Assembly: GCF_009914755.1 (NCBI RefSeq)
Contig: NC_060939.1
DNA from: the human T2T-CHM13v2.0 reference genome, Homo sapiens
Length of the DNA: 64,000 nt
Strand: one strand, 5' to 3'
The translations under genes and the position numbers were made by a program. How positions within the stretch are numbered: position 1 is the first letter of the stretch; each line of letters opens with the position of its first letter. The notes below the pieces were generated by a model. That model had not been told where the DNA came from, did not search any database, and worked only from the letters and a program-made list of their open reading frames with translations. This document shows, piece after piece, positions 46,591-62,200 of the stretch.

Positions 46591-49500
46591 CTAGATCTCT
46601 AGGACTTACATCTTGCATAAGTGACGCTTTGTACCCTTTGACCAATACTTCCCCATATTCCTCTTTCCCCAGCCCCCAGAAACCACCATTCTTCTCTGTT
46701 TCTATGACTGTTTTAGATTGTTCATATAAGTGGGATCATGTAGTATTTGTCCTCTGTGTCTGGCTTATTTGGTATAATGTCCAGGTTCATCCATTTTGTT
46801 TCAAATGGCAGGATTTTACTCTTTTATAAAGGCTGAGTAATATTCCATTGTATGTACATTACCACTTTTTCTTTGTCCTTTATCCATCCATGGACATTTA
46901 GGTTGCTTTCATATTTTGGCTGTTATGATAATGCTGCAATGAACATGGGATTGTGGATATTTATTCAGATTCTGACTTCAATTGTTTGGATATACACCCA
47001 TAAGTGAGATTGCTGGATCAAATAGTAATTCTTTTTTTAATTTTTGAGGAAACTATTGTTTTTCATAATGGCTATACAAGTTTACATTCCCACCGATAGT
47101 GTACAATGTTTCCTTTCTCTCCACATTTTTACCAACATTTGTGATCTTTTGTTTCTTTGCTAACAGCCATCATAATAAGTGTAAGATGATATCTCATTGT
47201 GGTTTTGATTTGCATTTTTCTGGTAAGTAGTGATGTTGAACACATTTTCATATATTTGCTAGCAATTTGTATATCTTCTTGGAGGAATGTCTGTTCAGTT
47301 CCTTTGCCCGTTTTTAAATTGGGTTATTTGTGGGGTTTTTTTTTGCTATTGAGTTATAGGAATTCTATATATATTTTGGATATTAACCATTTATCAAATA
47401 CATGATTTGCAAATATTTTCCCCCATTTCATAGACTGCCTTTTCCTTTTGTGGATTTTTTTTTCTTTGTTGTGCAGAAGCTCTTTTGTTTGATGTAATCC
47501 TGCTTATTTTTTTTATTTTGTTGCCTGTGCTTTTGGTTGTTTTATCCATGAAATCATTACCAAAGCAAACGTCAATAAGTTTTTTTCCCTATGTTTTCTT
47601 CTAGCAGTTTTACAGTTTCAGGTCTTACATTTAAGTCTTTACTCCATTATTCGTAAATTTTTCTGTATTGTGTAATATGAAGTTCCAATTTCATTCTTTT
47701 GTATGTAGACATCTAGTTTTCTCAGCATAATTTATTGAAAGGACTATCCTTTATCCATTGTATATTTTTGGCATCTTTGTGGGAGATCAGTTGACTGTAC
47801 ATGTAAGGGTTTATTTCTGTTCTATTATGTTCCAATGGCCTAAGACATACGTGCATTTTTATGTCAGTACTATCTTGTTTTGAATACTATAGCTTTACAA
47901 TGTATTGTGAAATCAGGAAGTGTGATGCCTCCAACTTTGTTCTCTTTGCTCAAAATAGGTTTGACTACTTACTACTTACTGTGGTTCCATAGAATTTTGG
48001 AACTTTTTTGTATTTTTGTAAAAAAATGTCATTGGGATTTTGATAGGGATTGCATTATATTGCTTTGAGTAGTATGAATATTTTAACAATATGAATTCCT
48101 CCAATCTATGAACAGGTGATATCTTTTCATTTATTTGTTTGCTTTAATTATTTTCCTCAAGGTTTTATGGTTTTCAGTATACAAGTCTTTCGTCTCCTTG
48201 AAAGTTTGTTCCTAAGTATTTTAGCTTATTAAATGGGATTGTTTTCTTAATCCTTTTCAGACCATTTATTGTTCATATATAGAAATGCAACTAATTTTTG
48301 TATGTTGATTTTGTATCATGGAACTTTTACTAAATTCATTTGTGATTTCTCACAATTTTGGGTTTAGCGTTTGGTATAATCTTAGGCTTTTCTACATAAA
48401 AAGTCACGTCTTCCACCAGTTCATAATTTCTTCCTTTCCAATTTGGATGCATTTTATAACTTTCTACTTCCTGATTGCTTTGGCTAGGACTTCTACAACT
48501 ATGTTGAACATAAGCAGCAAGAGTGGGCATCCTTGCCTTGTTCAGGATCTTAGAAGAAAATGTTCTTAGTTTTTTACCAATGAGTATGATATTAGCTGTG
48601 GGATTTTTGTATATGGCCTTCTTTGTTCAGGTAAGTTTCTTTCTGTATCTAATTTGTTGAAACTTTTTAACATGAAGGAGTGTTGAATTTTGTCAAAAAA
48701 AATTTTCTGTACCTTCTGAGATGATCATGTGATTTTTTATCTTCTATTTTGTTAATGGTATATCACAATGTGGTATATTACATTGATTGATTTGTGTATG
48801 TTAACCATCCTTGCATTCTAGGAATAAATACCACTTAGTCATGCTGTATGATCCTTTCAATGTACTGTTGAATTAGTTTTCTAATATTTTTGGGTCTTTT
48901 GCATCTATGTTCATCAGGGAAATTGGCCTGTGGTTTTTTCCTTGTGATGTCTTTGACTGGCTTTAGTATCACATTAATGCTGGCCTCATAAAATTAGTTT
49001 GGAAGTGTTTACTCTTCTATTTTTTGGAAGAGTTCACAAAGGATTGGTATTCATTCTTTAAGTATTTGGTAGAATTCAGCTGTGAAGCCATCTGGTGCTG
49101 TGCTTGTTTTCATTGGGGGTGTTTTTGATTACTGATTAAATCTCTTTATTTGTTATTGGTCTGTTCTGGTTACCTATTTCTTCCTGATTGCATTTTGGTA
49201 GGTATTTTGTTTGTAAGTATTTATTCATAATTTTCTAATTTGTCCAATTTAGTTCTCATATAATGGTTCGTAATAGTCCCTTAAATCTCTTAAATTATTT
49301 TGTTTCTGTCACATCCAGAAATATCTTCTCTTTCATTTCTGATTTTATTTTCATCTTTTCTCTTTTTTTTATTTGTTAGTCTAGCTAAGGGCTTGTCAAT
49401 ATTTATCTGTTCAAAATCAATTCTTAGTTTTGACAATTTTTGTATTGTTTGTCTCTTCACTATTATATTCTTTTCTGCTCTAATCTTTATTATTTCCTTC

Positions 49501-50253
49501 CTTCTTTCCTTTGAACTTGATTAATTTTTTTTTAGTTCCTTGAAATATAATATTAGGTTGTTTATTAGGGATCAACTTTCCTCTTAGTACTGCTTTTGTG
49601 TATCTCATAAGTTTGGGTGTGCTGTGTTTTTGTTTTCCTTTGCCTTGAGATATTACTAAATTTTCCTTTTGATTTTTTTCTTTGACCCAGTGGTTGTTCA
49701 AGAGTGTGTTGTTTAACGTGCATGAAGTGTGAATTTCCCTTTTTCTTTTGTTATTGTTTCCTAGTTTCAACCTATGATGCTTAGAAAAAATACTTGGAAT
49801 TATTTCTATCTTCTTACATTAAGACTTATTTTGTGACATATTCTGATTTATCCTGAAGAATGTTCCATATGCACTTGAGAAGAATCTGTACTCTCTTATT
49901 AGATGGAATGTTCTGTATGTCTATTAAGAACAGTTGGTCTTTAGTATTGTTAAAGTCGACATCTTCTTTATGATAATCTATCCGGCTCCAACATCCGTTA
50001 TTGAAAGTGGAGTATTAATGTCTACGCTATTATTGTATTACTGTCTACTTCCCTTTCCAGATCTGTCAGTATTTGCTTTATATATTTAGGCATTCTGATG
50101 TCAGACACCTATATTTGTTATATCTTCCTATTGAATTGACCCTTTCATCATTATATAATCTCCTTTTTCCTTTGTTACAGCTTTTGTCTGAAAGTCTATT
50201 TTATCGTAAATAATTGTATCCATGCCTGCTCTCTTTTGGTTATCATTTGCATA
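46591..50253 (-). mobile_element. L1MA-like element (3'UTR to ORF2 EN), host of the MER84 provirus
   Basis: Continuous antisense ORF2 homology, e.g. 50128-50250 ...QKRAGMDTIIYDKIDFQTKAVTKEKGDYIMMKGSIQ. Confidence 0.85.
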
Positions 50254-50751
50254 TGTGAAAGTTGCAAGATTAAAAATGGAGTCACTCATGTTTAAAATCC
50301 TGACAAATGGAGGCAGAGAAGGCCACAAAGGGAGGGTTCTTACGCACAAATCCCTGATAAGAACTTTTACGAAAGTCTGCAAAAATCACAAACTTGCACA
50401 AAAGCCACTGCAACCTTACACACAAAAAATTCTTTTACAAGACATATACCCAGTAACTGACTGTCCAATATGAAACTAGTGTCACCCTTATTATTGGTCC
50501 TTGTAGCCAAGAATAATTGATTCCAAAAACTTATGTAATTCTGTCATTTAAAAAAAATACCTTTGCCTTCCTTAACCTCCCTGAATATGTAAATAGTCAT
50601 TTTTGCATTGTTGAAATTGTCCGTTTGATACTGGAACACATTCTTAAATAAATGTGGTTACGTTATATATCATTTTAATGTGTATTTCTTACTTTACATT
50701 TTTGTGCTCATGAGTTACTACTTGCTCTTTATTTTATATTTATTTTAGACT

Positions 50752-52141
<1,390 letters not shown>

Positions 52142-52298
52142 TAAAGATGTGTTCGAGCCTAGTTATAATGATTTAAAATTCATGGCCCAAAACTGCAATT
52201 ACTTTTGCACCAACCTGTATTTCCATTGCAATGCCCATTCCCAAATAAACTTCATTTGCTTTTAGAAAGTTTCTCTCTGTCTGTTATACAGGTTGATC

Positions 52299-52559
52299 TA
52301 ATTTGGTGTCCACTAAGCAGGAAGAAAGCATCCTCATCAGAGACAGATCACTGGCCTGTGGAATCAAGTGCAATACTAACTGAGCCCTTGGCATTCTCCA
52401 CTTCCATGAGTTACCTTTTCGGCTCTGTGAATCTCTCGAATTCTTAGATTCTTTCCTTTGGTGGGTTCTTTTTTACTTTATTCAGGATCTGATTTGCTTA
52501 TAAGCTTGCTGTAAAGAAAAAAACTTGTATTCCTCTTAGAACTATAAAATTTTTTTGTT
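52299..52559 (+). mobile_element. ERV internal (MER84-int-like) leader, part 1
   Basis: Directly follows the LTR (aatttggtgtc, degenerate PBS region); interrupted by L1PA6. Confidence 0.55.
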
Positions 52560-53597
52560 GGGGGTCCATTCCAAGAGGACCAAATAGGAACAGCTCCAGT
52601 CTGCATCTACCAGCATAACTGACGCGGAAGACAGGTGATTTTGGCATTTTCAACTGAGGTAGCTGGTTCATCTCATTGGGACTGACTGGACAGTGGGTAC
52701 AGCTCATGGAGAGTGAGCTGAAGAAGGGCGGGACGTTGCCTCACTTGGGAAGTGCAAGGGGTCAGAAGATTTCCCTTTCCCAGCCAAGGGAAGTCGTGGC
52801 AGACTGTACCTGGGAAAACGGGACACTGCCGTCCAAATACTGCACTTTTCCTGTGGTCCCAGCAACCAGCAGACCAGGAGATTCTCTCTCGTGCCTGGCT
52901 CAGCAGGTCCCATGCCCACAGAGCCTTGTTCACTGCTAGTGCAGCAGTCTGAGATTGACCTGGAGGCTGAAGCCTGGCCGGGGGAGGGGTGTTCACCATT
53001 GCTGAGGCTTGAGTAGGTAAGCTAAGCGGCCAGGAAGCTTGAACTGGGTGGAGCCCACCACAGCTGAGCCAGGCCTACTGCCTCTATAGAGTCCACCTTT
53101 GTGGGCAGGTCATAGCTGAACAAAAGGCAGCAGAAACTCCTGCAGACTTAAACGTCCCTGTCTGACAGCTCTGAAGAGAGCAGTGGTTCTCCCAGCACAG
53201 TGATTTAGCTCTGAGAATGGACAGACTGCCTCCTCAACTGGGTCCCTGAACCCTGTGTAGCCTAACTGGGAGACACCTCCCAGTAGCAGCTGACAGACAG
53301 TTCATACAGATGGGTGCCCCTCTGGGATGAAGTTTCCAGAGGAAGGATCATGTAGCAATATTTGCTGTTCTGCAATATTTGCTGTTCTGCAGCCTCCACT
53401 GGGGATACCCAGGCAAACAGGGTCTGGAGTGGACCTCCAGCAAACTCCAACAGACCTGCAGCTGAGGGATCTGACTGTTAGAAGGAAAACTAACAAACAG
53501 AAAGGAATGGTACCAACATCAACAAAAAGGACATCCACACCAAAACCCCATCTGTAGGTCACCAACATCAAAGACCAAAGGTGATAAAACCACAAAG

Positions 53598-54607
53598 ATG
53601 TGGAGAAACCAGAGCAGAAAAGCTGAAAATTCTAAAAACCAGACCACCTCTTCTTCTCCAAAGGATCGCAGCTTCTTGCCAGCAATGGAACAAAGCTGGA
53701 CGGAGAATGACTTTGATGAGTCAACAGAAGTAGGCTTCAGAAGGTTGGTAATAACAAACTTCTCCAAGCTAAAGGAGCATGTTCTAACCCATCACAAGGA
53801 AGCTAAAAAACCTTGAAAAAAGGTTAGACAAATGACTAACTAGAATAAACAAAATGACCCGATGGAGCTGAAAATCATGGCATGAGAACTTCATGACACA
53901 GGCACAAACTTCAATAGCAGATTCGATCAAGTGGAAGAAAGGATATCAGTGACTGAAGATCAAATTAATGAAATAAAGCAAGAAGACAAGTTTAGAGAAA
54001 AAAGAGTAAAAAGAAATGAACAAAGCCTCCAAGAAATGTGGGGCTATGTGAAAAGACCAAATCTACGTCTGATTGGTGTACCTGAAAGTAACGGGGAAAA
54101 TGGAACCAAGTTGGAAAACACTCTGCAGGATATTATCCAGGAGAACTGCCCCAATCTACCAAGGCAGGCCAACATTCAAATTCAGGAAATACAGAGAACA
54201 CCACAAAAATACTATTTGAGAAAAGCAACCCCAAGACACATAACTGTCAGATTCACCGAGGTTGAAATGAAGGAAAAAATGTTAAGGGCAGCCAGGGAGA
54301 AAGGTCGGGTTACCCACAAAGGGAAGCCCATCAGACTAACAGCAAATCTCTCAGCAGAAACCTTACAAGCCAGAAGAGAGTGGGGGCCAATATTCAACAT
54401 TTTTAAAGAAAAGAATTTTCAACCCAGAATTTCATATCCAGCGAAACTAAGCTTCACAAGTAAGGAGAAATAAAATCCTTTATAGACAAGCAAATGCTGA
54501 GAGATTTTGTCACCACCAGGCCTGCCTTACAAGAGCTCCTGAAGGAAGCACTAAACATGGAAAGGAAAAACCAGTACCAGCCACTGCAAAAACATGCCAA
54601 GTTGTAA
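53598..54607 (+). pseudogene. L1 ORF1p, disrupted
   Basis: MWRNQSRKAENSK... (53598-53816) and ...ERISVTEDQINEIK (53931-54473); frameshifts. Confidence 0.9.
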
Positions 54608-54670
54608 AGACCATTGATGCTATGAAGAAACTGCATCAATTAACCAGCAAAATAACCAGCTAACATCATA

Positions 54671-57600
54671 ATGACAGGATCAAATTCACACATAACAATA
54701 TTAACTTTAAATGTAAATGGGCTAAATGCCCCCAATTAAAAGACACATATTGGCAAATTGTAGAGTCAAGACCCTTCAGTGTGCTGTATTCAGGAGACCC
54801 ATCTCACATGCAGAGACACAGATAGGCTCAAAATAAAGGGTTAGAGGAAGATCTACCCAGCAAACGGAAAGCAAAAAAAAAAAAAAAAAAAAAAAGCAGG
54901 GGCTGCAATCCTGGTCCCTGATAAAGCAGACTTTAAACCAACAAAGATAAAAAGAGACAAAGAAGGCCACTACATAATGGTAAAGGAATCAATTCAATAA
55001 GAATGGCTGACTATCGTAAATATATGTGCACCCTATACAGGAGCACCCAGATTCACAAAGCAAGTCCTTAGAGACCTACAAAGAGACTTAGACTACCACA
55101 CAATAATAATGGGAGATTTGACACCCCACTGTCAATTTACACAGATCAATGAGACAGAAGGTTAACAAGAATATCCAGGACTTGAACTCAGCTCTGTACC
55201 AAGCAGACCTAACAGACATCTACAGAACTCTCCACTCCAACAGAATATACATTGTTCTCAGCACCACATCACGCTTATTCTAAAATTGGCCACATAATTG
55301 GAAGTAAAGCACTCCTCAGCAAATGTAAAACAATATAAATCATAACAAACTGTCTTTCAGACCACAGTGCAATCAAAAGACAACTCAGGATTAAGAAACT
55401 CATTCAAAACCACATGACTACATGGAAACTGAACAACCTGCTCCTGAATGACTACTGGGTAAATAATGAAATGAAGGCAGAAATAAAGATGTTCTTTGAA
55501 ACCAATGAGAACAAAGACACAATGTACCAGAATCTCTGGGACACATTTAAAACAGTGTGTAGAGGGAAATTTATAGCACTAAATGCCCACAAGAGAAAGC
55601 AGGAAAGATCTCAAATTGACACCCTAACATCACAATTAAAAGAACTAGAGAAGCAAGAGCAAACACATTCAAAAGCTAGCAGAAAGCAAGAAGCTAAGAT
55701 CAGAGCAGAACTGAAGGAGATAGAGACACAAAGAAACCTTCAAAAAAATCAGTGAATCCAGGAACTGGTTTTTTGAAAAGATCAACAAAATAGATAGACT
55801 GCTAGCAAGATTAATAAAGAAGAAAAGAGAGAAGAATCAAATAGATACAATAAAAAATTATTAAGGGGATATCACCATGGATCTAACAGAAATACAAACC
55901 ACTAACAGAGAATACTGTAAACACCTCTACCCAAATAAACCAGAAAATCTAGAAGAAATGGATAAATTCCTGGACACATACACCCTCCCAATACTAAGCC
56001 AGGAAGAACATGAATCTCTGAATAGACCAATAACAGGTTCTGTTATTGAGGCAATGTTTAATAGCATACCAACCAAAAAAAATCCAGGACCAGATGGATT
56101 CACTGTCAAATTCTACCAGAGGTACAAAGAGGAGCTGGTACCATTCCTTCTGAAACTATTCCAATCAATAGAAAAAGAAGGAATCCTCTCTAACTCATTT
56201 TATGAGGCCAGCATCATTCTGATACCAAAGCCTGGCAGAGACACAACAAAAAAAGAGAATTTTAGGCCAATATCACTGATGAACATCGATGCGAAAATCC
56301 TCAATAAAATACTGGCAAACCGAATCCAGCAGCACATCAAAAAGCTTACCCACCACAATCAAGTTGGCTTCATCCCTAGGATGCAAAGCTCGTCCACCAT
56401 ACGCAAATCAATAAACGTAATCCAGCATATAAACAGAACCAACAACAAAAACCACATGATTATCTCAATAGATGCAGAAAAGGCCTTTGACAAAATTCAA
56501 CAGCCCTTCATGCTAAAAACTCTCAATAAACTAGGTATTGATGGAACGTATCTCAAAATAATAAGAGCTATTTATGACAAACCCACAGACAATATCATAC
56601 TGAATGGACAAAAACTGGAAGCATTCCTTTTGAAACGGGCACAAGACAAGGATGCTCTCTCTCACCACTCTTATTCAACATAGCGTTGGAAGTTCTGGCC
56701 AGGGCAATCAGACAAGGGAAAGAAATAAAGGGTATTCAATTAAGAAAAGTGGAAGTCAAATTGTCTCTGTTTGCAAATGACATGATTGTATATTTAGAAA
56801 ACCCCATCACCTGAGCCCAAAATCTCCTTAAGCTGATAAGCAATTTCAGCAAAGTCTCAGGATACAAAATCGATGTGCAAAAATCACAAGCATTCCTATA
56901 CATCAATAACAGACAAGCAGAGAGCCAAATCATGAGGGAACTCCCATTCACAATTGCTACAAAGACAATAAAATACCTAGGAATCCAATTTACAAGGGAT
57001 GTGAAGAACCTCTTCAAGGAGAACTACAAACCACTGCTCAAGGAAATAAGAGAGGACACAAACAAATTGAAAAACATTCCGTGCTCATGGATAGGAAGAA
57101 TCAATATCGTGAAAATGGCCATACTCCTCAAGGTAATTTACAGATTCAGTGTTATCCCCATCAAGCTACCATATACTTTCTTTGCAGAATTAGAAAAAAA
57201 AACAAAAAAACTACTTTAAAGTTCATATGGAACCAAAAAAGAGCTTGGATTGCAAAGACAATCCTAAGCAAGAAGAACAAAGCTGGAGGCATCACGCTAT
57301 CTGACTTCAAACTGTACTACAAGGCTACAGTAACCAAAAGAGCATGGTACTGGTACCAAAACAGAGATATAGAACAATGGACAGAACAGAGGCCTCAGAA
57401 ATAATACCACACACCTACAACCATCTGATCTTTGAAAAACCTGACAAAAAAAATGAAATGGGGAAACGATACCCTATTTAATAAATGGTGCTGGGAAAAC
57501 TGGCTAGCCACATGTAGAAAGCCGGAACTGGATCCCTTCCTTACACCTCATACAAAAATTAATTCAAGATGGATTAAAGATTTAAATGTTAGACCTAAAA

Positions 57601-58511
57601 CCATAAAAATCCTAGAAGAAAACCTAGGCAATACTATTCAGGGCATAGGCATGGGCAAGGACTTAATGACTAAAACACCAAAAGCAATGGCAACAAAAGC
57701 CAAAATAGACAAATGGGATCTAATTAAACTAAAGTGCTTCTGCATAGCAAAAGAAACTGCCATCAGAGTGAACAGGCAACCTACAGAATGTGAGAAAATT
57801 TTTGCAATCTACCCATCTGACAAAGGGCTAATATCCAGAATCTACAAAGAACTTAAACAAATTTACAAGAAGAAAGCAAACAACCCCATCAAAAAGTGGG
57901 CAAAGGATATGAACGGGCACTTCTCGAAAGAAGACATTTATGCAGCCAAAAGACACGTGAAAAAATGCTCATCATCACTGGTCATCAGAGAAATGCAAGT
58001 CAAAACCACAATGAGATATCATCTCACACCAATTAGAATGGCAATCATTAAAAAGTCAGGAAACAACAGATGCTGGAGAGGTTGTGGAGAAATAGGAATG
58101 CTTTTACACTGTTGGTGGGAGTGTAAATTAGTTCAATCACTGTGGAAGACAGTGTGGCAATTCCTCAAGGATCTAGAACTAGAAATACCATTTGATCCAG
58201 TGATCCCATTACTGGGTATATACCCAAAGGATTATAAATCATGCTACTATAAAGACACATGCACACGTATGTTTATTGCGGCACTATTCACAATAGCAAA
58301 GTCTTGGAACCAACCCAAATGTCCATCAATGATAGCTTGGATTAAGAAAATGTGGCAGATATACACCATTGAACACTATGCAGCCATAAAAAAGGATGAG
58401 TTCATGTCCTTTGCAGGGACATGGATGAAGCTGGAAACCATAATCCTCAGCAAACTATCACAAGGACAGAAAACCAAACACTGCACGTTCTCACTCATAG
58501 GTGGGAACTGA
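54671..58511 (+). pseudogene. L1 ORF2p, disrupted
   Basis: ATGACAGGATCAAAT start; pieces 55414-55755, 55877-56683 and 57432-58511 (...FSLIGGN) in different frames. Confidence 0.9.
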
Positions 58512-58720
58512 ACTATGAGAACACTCGGACACAGGGCGGGGAACATCACACACTGGGGCTTGTCAGGGGTGGGGGACTGGGGGAGGGATAGCATTGGGAG
58601 AAATACCTAATGTAAATGATGAGTTGATGGGTGCAGCAAACCAACATGGCACATGTATACCTATGTAACAAACGTGCACATTGTACACGTGTACCCTAGA
58701 ACTTAAAAGTATAATAATAA

Positions 58721-59169
58721 AAATTTTTTTTGTTTGTTTTTGGCAAGCCCTTTCTGGTATAAAGCCATGTGTTCTTCTAGTTTGTGTACTCTTATTTCTA
58801 CAGAATTTATGTTCTGTGTGTAAGGAATGTCTTTTCTGGTGAATACACTTTCAATTCTTTCTATATGTCTAATTTAATATTTTGTTTGATCTGCATGCCT
58901 AGCTTAAAATTTTTGTGAGCACTCTTATTTTGGTTTGGTTATGCATGTTTATAAATAATTTGGCTTTCTAAATTTTTTTCCCCTGGCTTTCTTCTGAATA
59001 TCTTTTGAGAACAAAAATAACCATTCTAAATGGCGGTTGCAAGATGGCCAATTAAACATGATGAGGGCAGTGGTCACCATCTAAAACACTGGTCCAAACT
59101 CCTAACTTTCCTTTATGGGGCTTTCAGGATTGTCATTGCCCTCGAGCAATTAGTAGAAAATGGAATGGG
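58721..59169 (+). mobile_element. ERV internal (MER84-int-like) leader, part 2
   Basis: Resumes after the L1PA6 TSD; MER4-group-like ttctaaatggcggttgcaagatggccaatt...ccatctaaaacactggtcc. Confidence 0.5.
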
Positions 59170-59228
59170 CTTTTTCGGACTGAGCAGTGGCGCCTAAAGT
59201 TTCCAAGGAGGAAGTCGCCTCTGTCTTC

Positions 59229-62200
59229 AATGACGGCAGGAATAAATCAGGAAGCCGGGGAGGACCCACAGACCTTCTGAAGGAAGCAGATTGCTCCTGC
59301 TGGACCCAGGAGATGATCCAAATACTGTGAGTGCCCAAACCGTGGAAGTGGGAAAGGGAGATCGTCTGCTCCTGAACACACACCCCACTAAGGAAACTGA
59401 AGGTCTAGATTACGGGAGATGATGCTGATCTTACCTGGAGCTGAGTAAATTGAGAGAACCAAGCAAAATACAGGGGTAGAGGAAACAGCAGATTTTCCTT
59501 TACCCCTCAAAATACAGGGGTAGAGGAAAAGCCCTGTGAGCTCTCTGGGTCCCCTAGCAAACTATTTCTGCCTGGCCTCACAGTTGTCCTTCGGTAGGGT
59601 GGCCAGAGGCACTGGGAAAGGCCACAGGGAGAAGGAAATCTCCAGCTGAACTTGGCAACAATTTGAACTAATCGAGAAGTCTCCTGGCCAGAACTTGGGG
59701 GAGGGCCTGAATCCAGTGTGCAGACTCTACAGGCAGGGGAAGAAGGAAAGCCAAACTTGCTTTCACAGCTGGGAGGCAGGTAGCCTGGGGCAAGTTCTCA
59801 GCCCTGCTTGTCCACTGCCTAGAAACAGACTCGGTGCTATTGGGGTCGGGGGGCATGGTGGGAGTGAAACCAGCCCTTTGGATTATGTGGGAGCTGGGTG
59901 AGGCCTGTGACTGCTGGCTTTCCCCCACTTCCCTGACAACCTGCATGACACAGGAGAGAAAAACATAAACTTCCTAGGAACATAACACCATTGACCTGGG
60001 AACCTCACCCCCATCCCCCACAGCAGCCACAGCAAGACCTGCCCAAGGAGAGTCTGAGCTCAGACATGCCTAGCCCTGCCCTGACCCAACAGCCTTCCCT
60101 ACCTACCCTGGTAACTGAAGACAAAGGGCATATACTCCTGGGAGTTCTAGGGCCCCATCCACCACCTGTTCCTCTCTATACTACCACAGCTGATACTCTC
60201 TGGACAGCACCACCTCCCTGCAAGAGACCAACCAGCATAAAAACAGTGCATTAAACCACCAAAGCTAAGAACCCTCACAGAGTCCATTTCACTCTCCTGC
60301 CACCTCCACCGAAACAGGTGCTAGTATCCATGGCTAAGAGAGTCATACATGGTTCACATCACAGGACTCTGTGAAGACAACCCCCAGTACCAGCCCAGAG
60401 CCTGGTAGACTTGCTGGGTAGCTAGATTCAGAAGAAAGATAACAATTACTACAGCTTGGCTCTCAGGATGCCACACCCATAGGAAAAGAGGGAGAATACT
60501 ACATCAAGGGAACACCCTGTGGGACAAAAGATTCTGAACAACAGCCTTCAGCCCTAGACCTTCCCTCTAACACAGCCTACCCAAATGAGAAGGAACTAGA
60601 AAACCAACTCTAGTATTATGACAAAACAGGGTTCTTTAATACCCTCCAAAAATCACACTAGCTCACCAGCACCAGATCCAAACCAAGAAATCCCTGATTT
60701 ACCTGAAACAGAATTCAGGAGGTTAGTTATTAAGCTAATCAGGGAGGCACCAGAGAAGGGTGAAGTCCAATGTAAGGAAATAAAAAAAAATTTGAGAAGT
60801 GAAGGGAGAAATATTCAGTGAAATAGCATAAATAGAAAACAATCAAAACTTCAGGAGACAATGAACACACTTATAGAAATGCAAAATGCTCTGAAAAGTC
60901 TCAGTAATTGAACCAAACAAGTAGAAGAAAGAAATTCAGAGCTTGAAGACAAGGTCTTTGAATTAACTCAATCCAACAAAGACAAAGAAAAAAATAAGAA
61001 AACATGAAGAAAGCCTCCAAGAAATCTGGGATTATGTTAAATGACCAAACATAAGAATAATTGTCATTTCTGAGGAAGAAGAGAAATCTAAAATTTTGGA
61101 AAACATATTTGGGGGAATAATTGAGGAAAACTTCCCCAGCCTTGTTAGAGACCTAGACATCCAAATACAAGGAGCACAAAGAACCCCTGGGAAATTTTTC
61201 AAAAAAAAGATCATTGCCTAGGCACACTGACATCAGTTTATCTAAAGTTAAGATGAAGGAACAAATCTTAAGAACTGAGACAAAAGCACCAGGCAACCTA
61301 TAAAGGAAGACCTATCCGATTAACAGCAGATTTCTCAGCAGAAACCTTACAAGCTAGAAGGGATTGGGGCCCTATCTTCAGCCTCCTCAAAACAATTATC
61401 AGCCAAGAATTTTGTATCCAGTGAAACAGCTTCATATATGAAGGAAAGATATGGTCTTTTTTAGACAAGCAAATGCTGAAAGAATTCACCACTACCAAGC
61501 CACCACTACAAGAACTGCTAAAAGGAACTCTAAAATCTTGAAACAAATCCTGGAAACACATCAAAACAGAACCTTTTTAAAGCATAAATCTCACAGGACC
61601 TATAAAACAAAAATACAATTTTGAAAACAAAATAAAAAAAAAAAACCAAGGTATACAGGCAACAAACAGTATGATGAATGGAATGGTACCTCATATCTCA
61701 ATACTAACACTGAATGTAAATGGCCTGAATGCTCCACTTAAAAGATACGGAATTGCAGAATGGATAAGAATTCACCATCTAACTATCTGCTGCCTTCAAG
61801 AGGCTCACCTAACACATAAGGACTCACATAAGCTTAAGGTACAAGGGTGGAAAAAGACAATTCATGCAAATGGACACCAAAAGTGAGCAGTAGCTATTGT
61901 TATATCAGACCAAACAAACTTTAAAGCAACAGCAGTTAAAAAGGACAAAGGGGGATGTTACATAATGATAAAAGGCCTTGCCCAACAGGAAAATATCACA
62001 GTCCTAAACATATATGCACCTAACACTGGAGCTTCCAAATTTATAAAACAATTACTAATAGACCTAAGAAGAAATGAGATAGCAACACAATAATAGTAGG
62101 AGAGGTCAATACTCCACTGACAGCACTAGACAGGTAATCAAGACAGGAAGTCAACAAAGAAACAATGAATGTAAACTATACCCTGGAACAAATGGACTTA

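Larger units (their letters stand above)
52560..58720 (+). mobile_element. Full-length L1PA6-like LINE-1, inactive
   Basis: 5' gggggtccattccaag...aataggaacagctcc; 3'UTR gaaatacctaatgtaaatgatgagttgatggg; TSD aaaa(t7)gtt (52546-59) / aaaa(t8)gtt (58720-34). Confidence 0.92.

Noticed and set aside
53355-53388. 17-bp tandem duplication gcaatatttgctgttct in the L1 5'UTR
   Set aside because: As I recall, a common feature of L1PA6-age copies rather than locus-specific.
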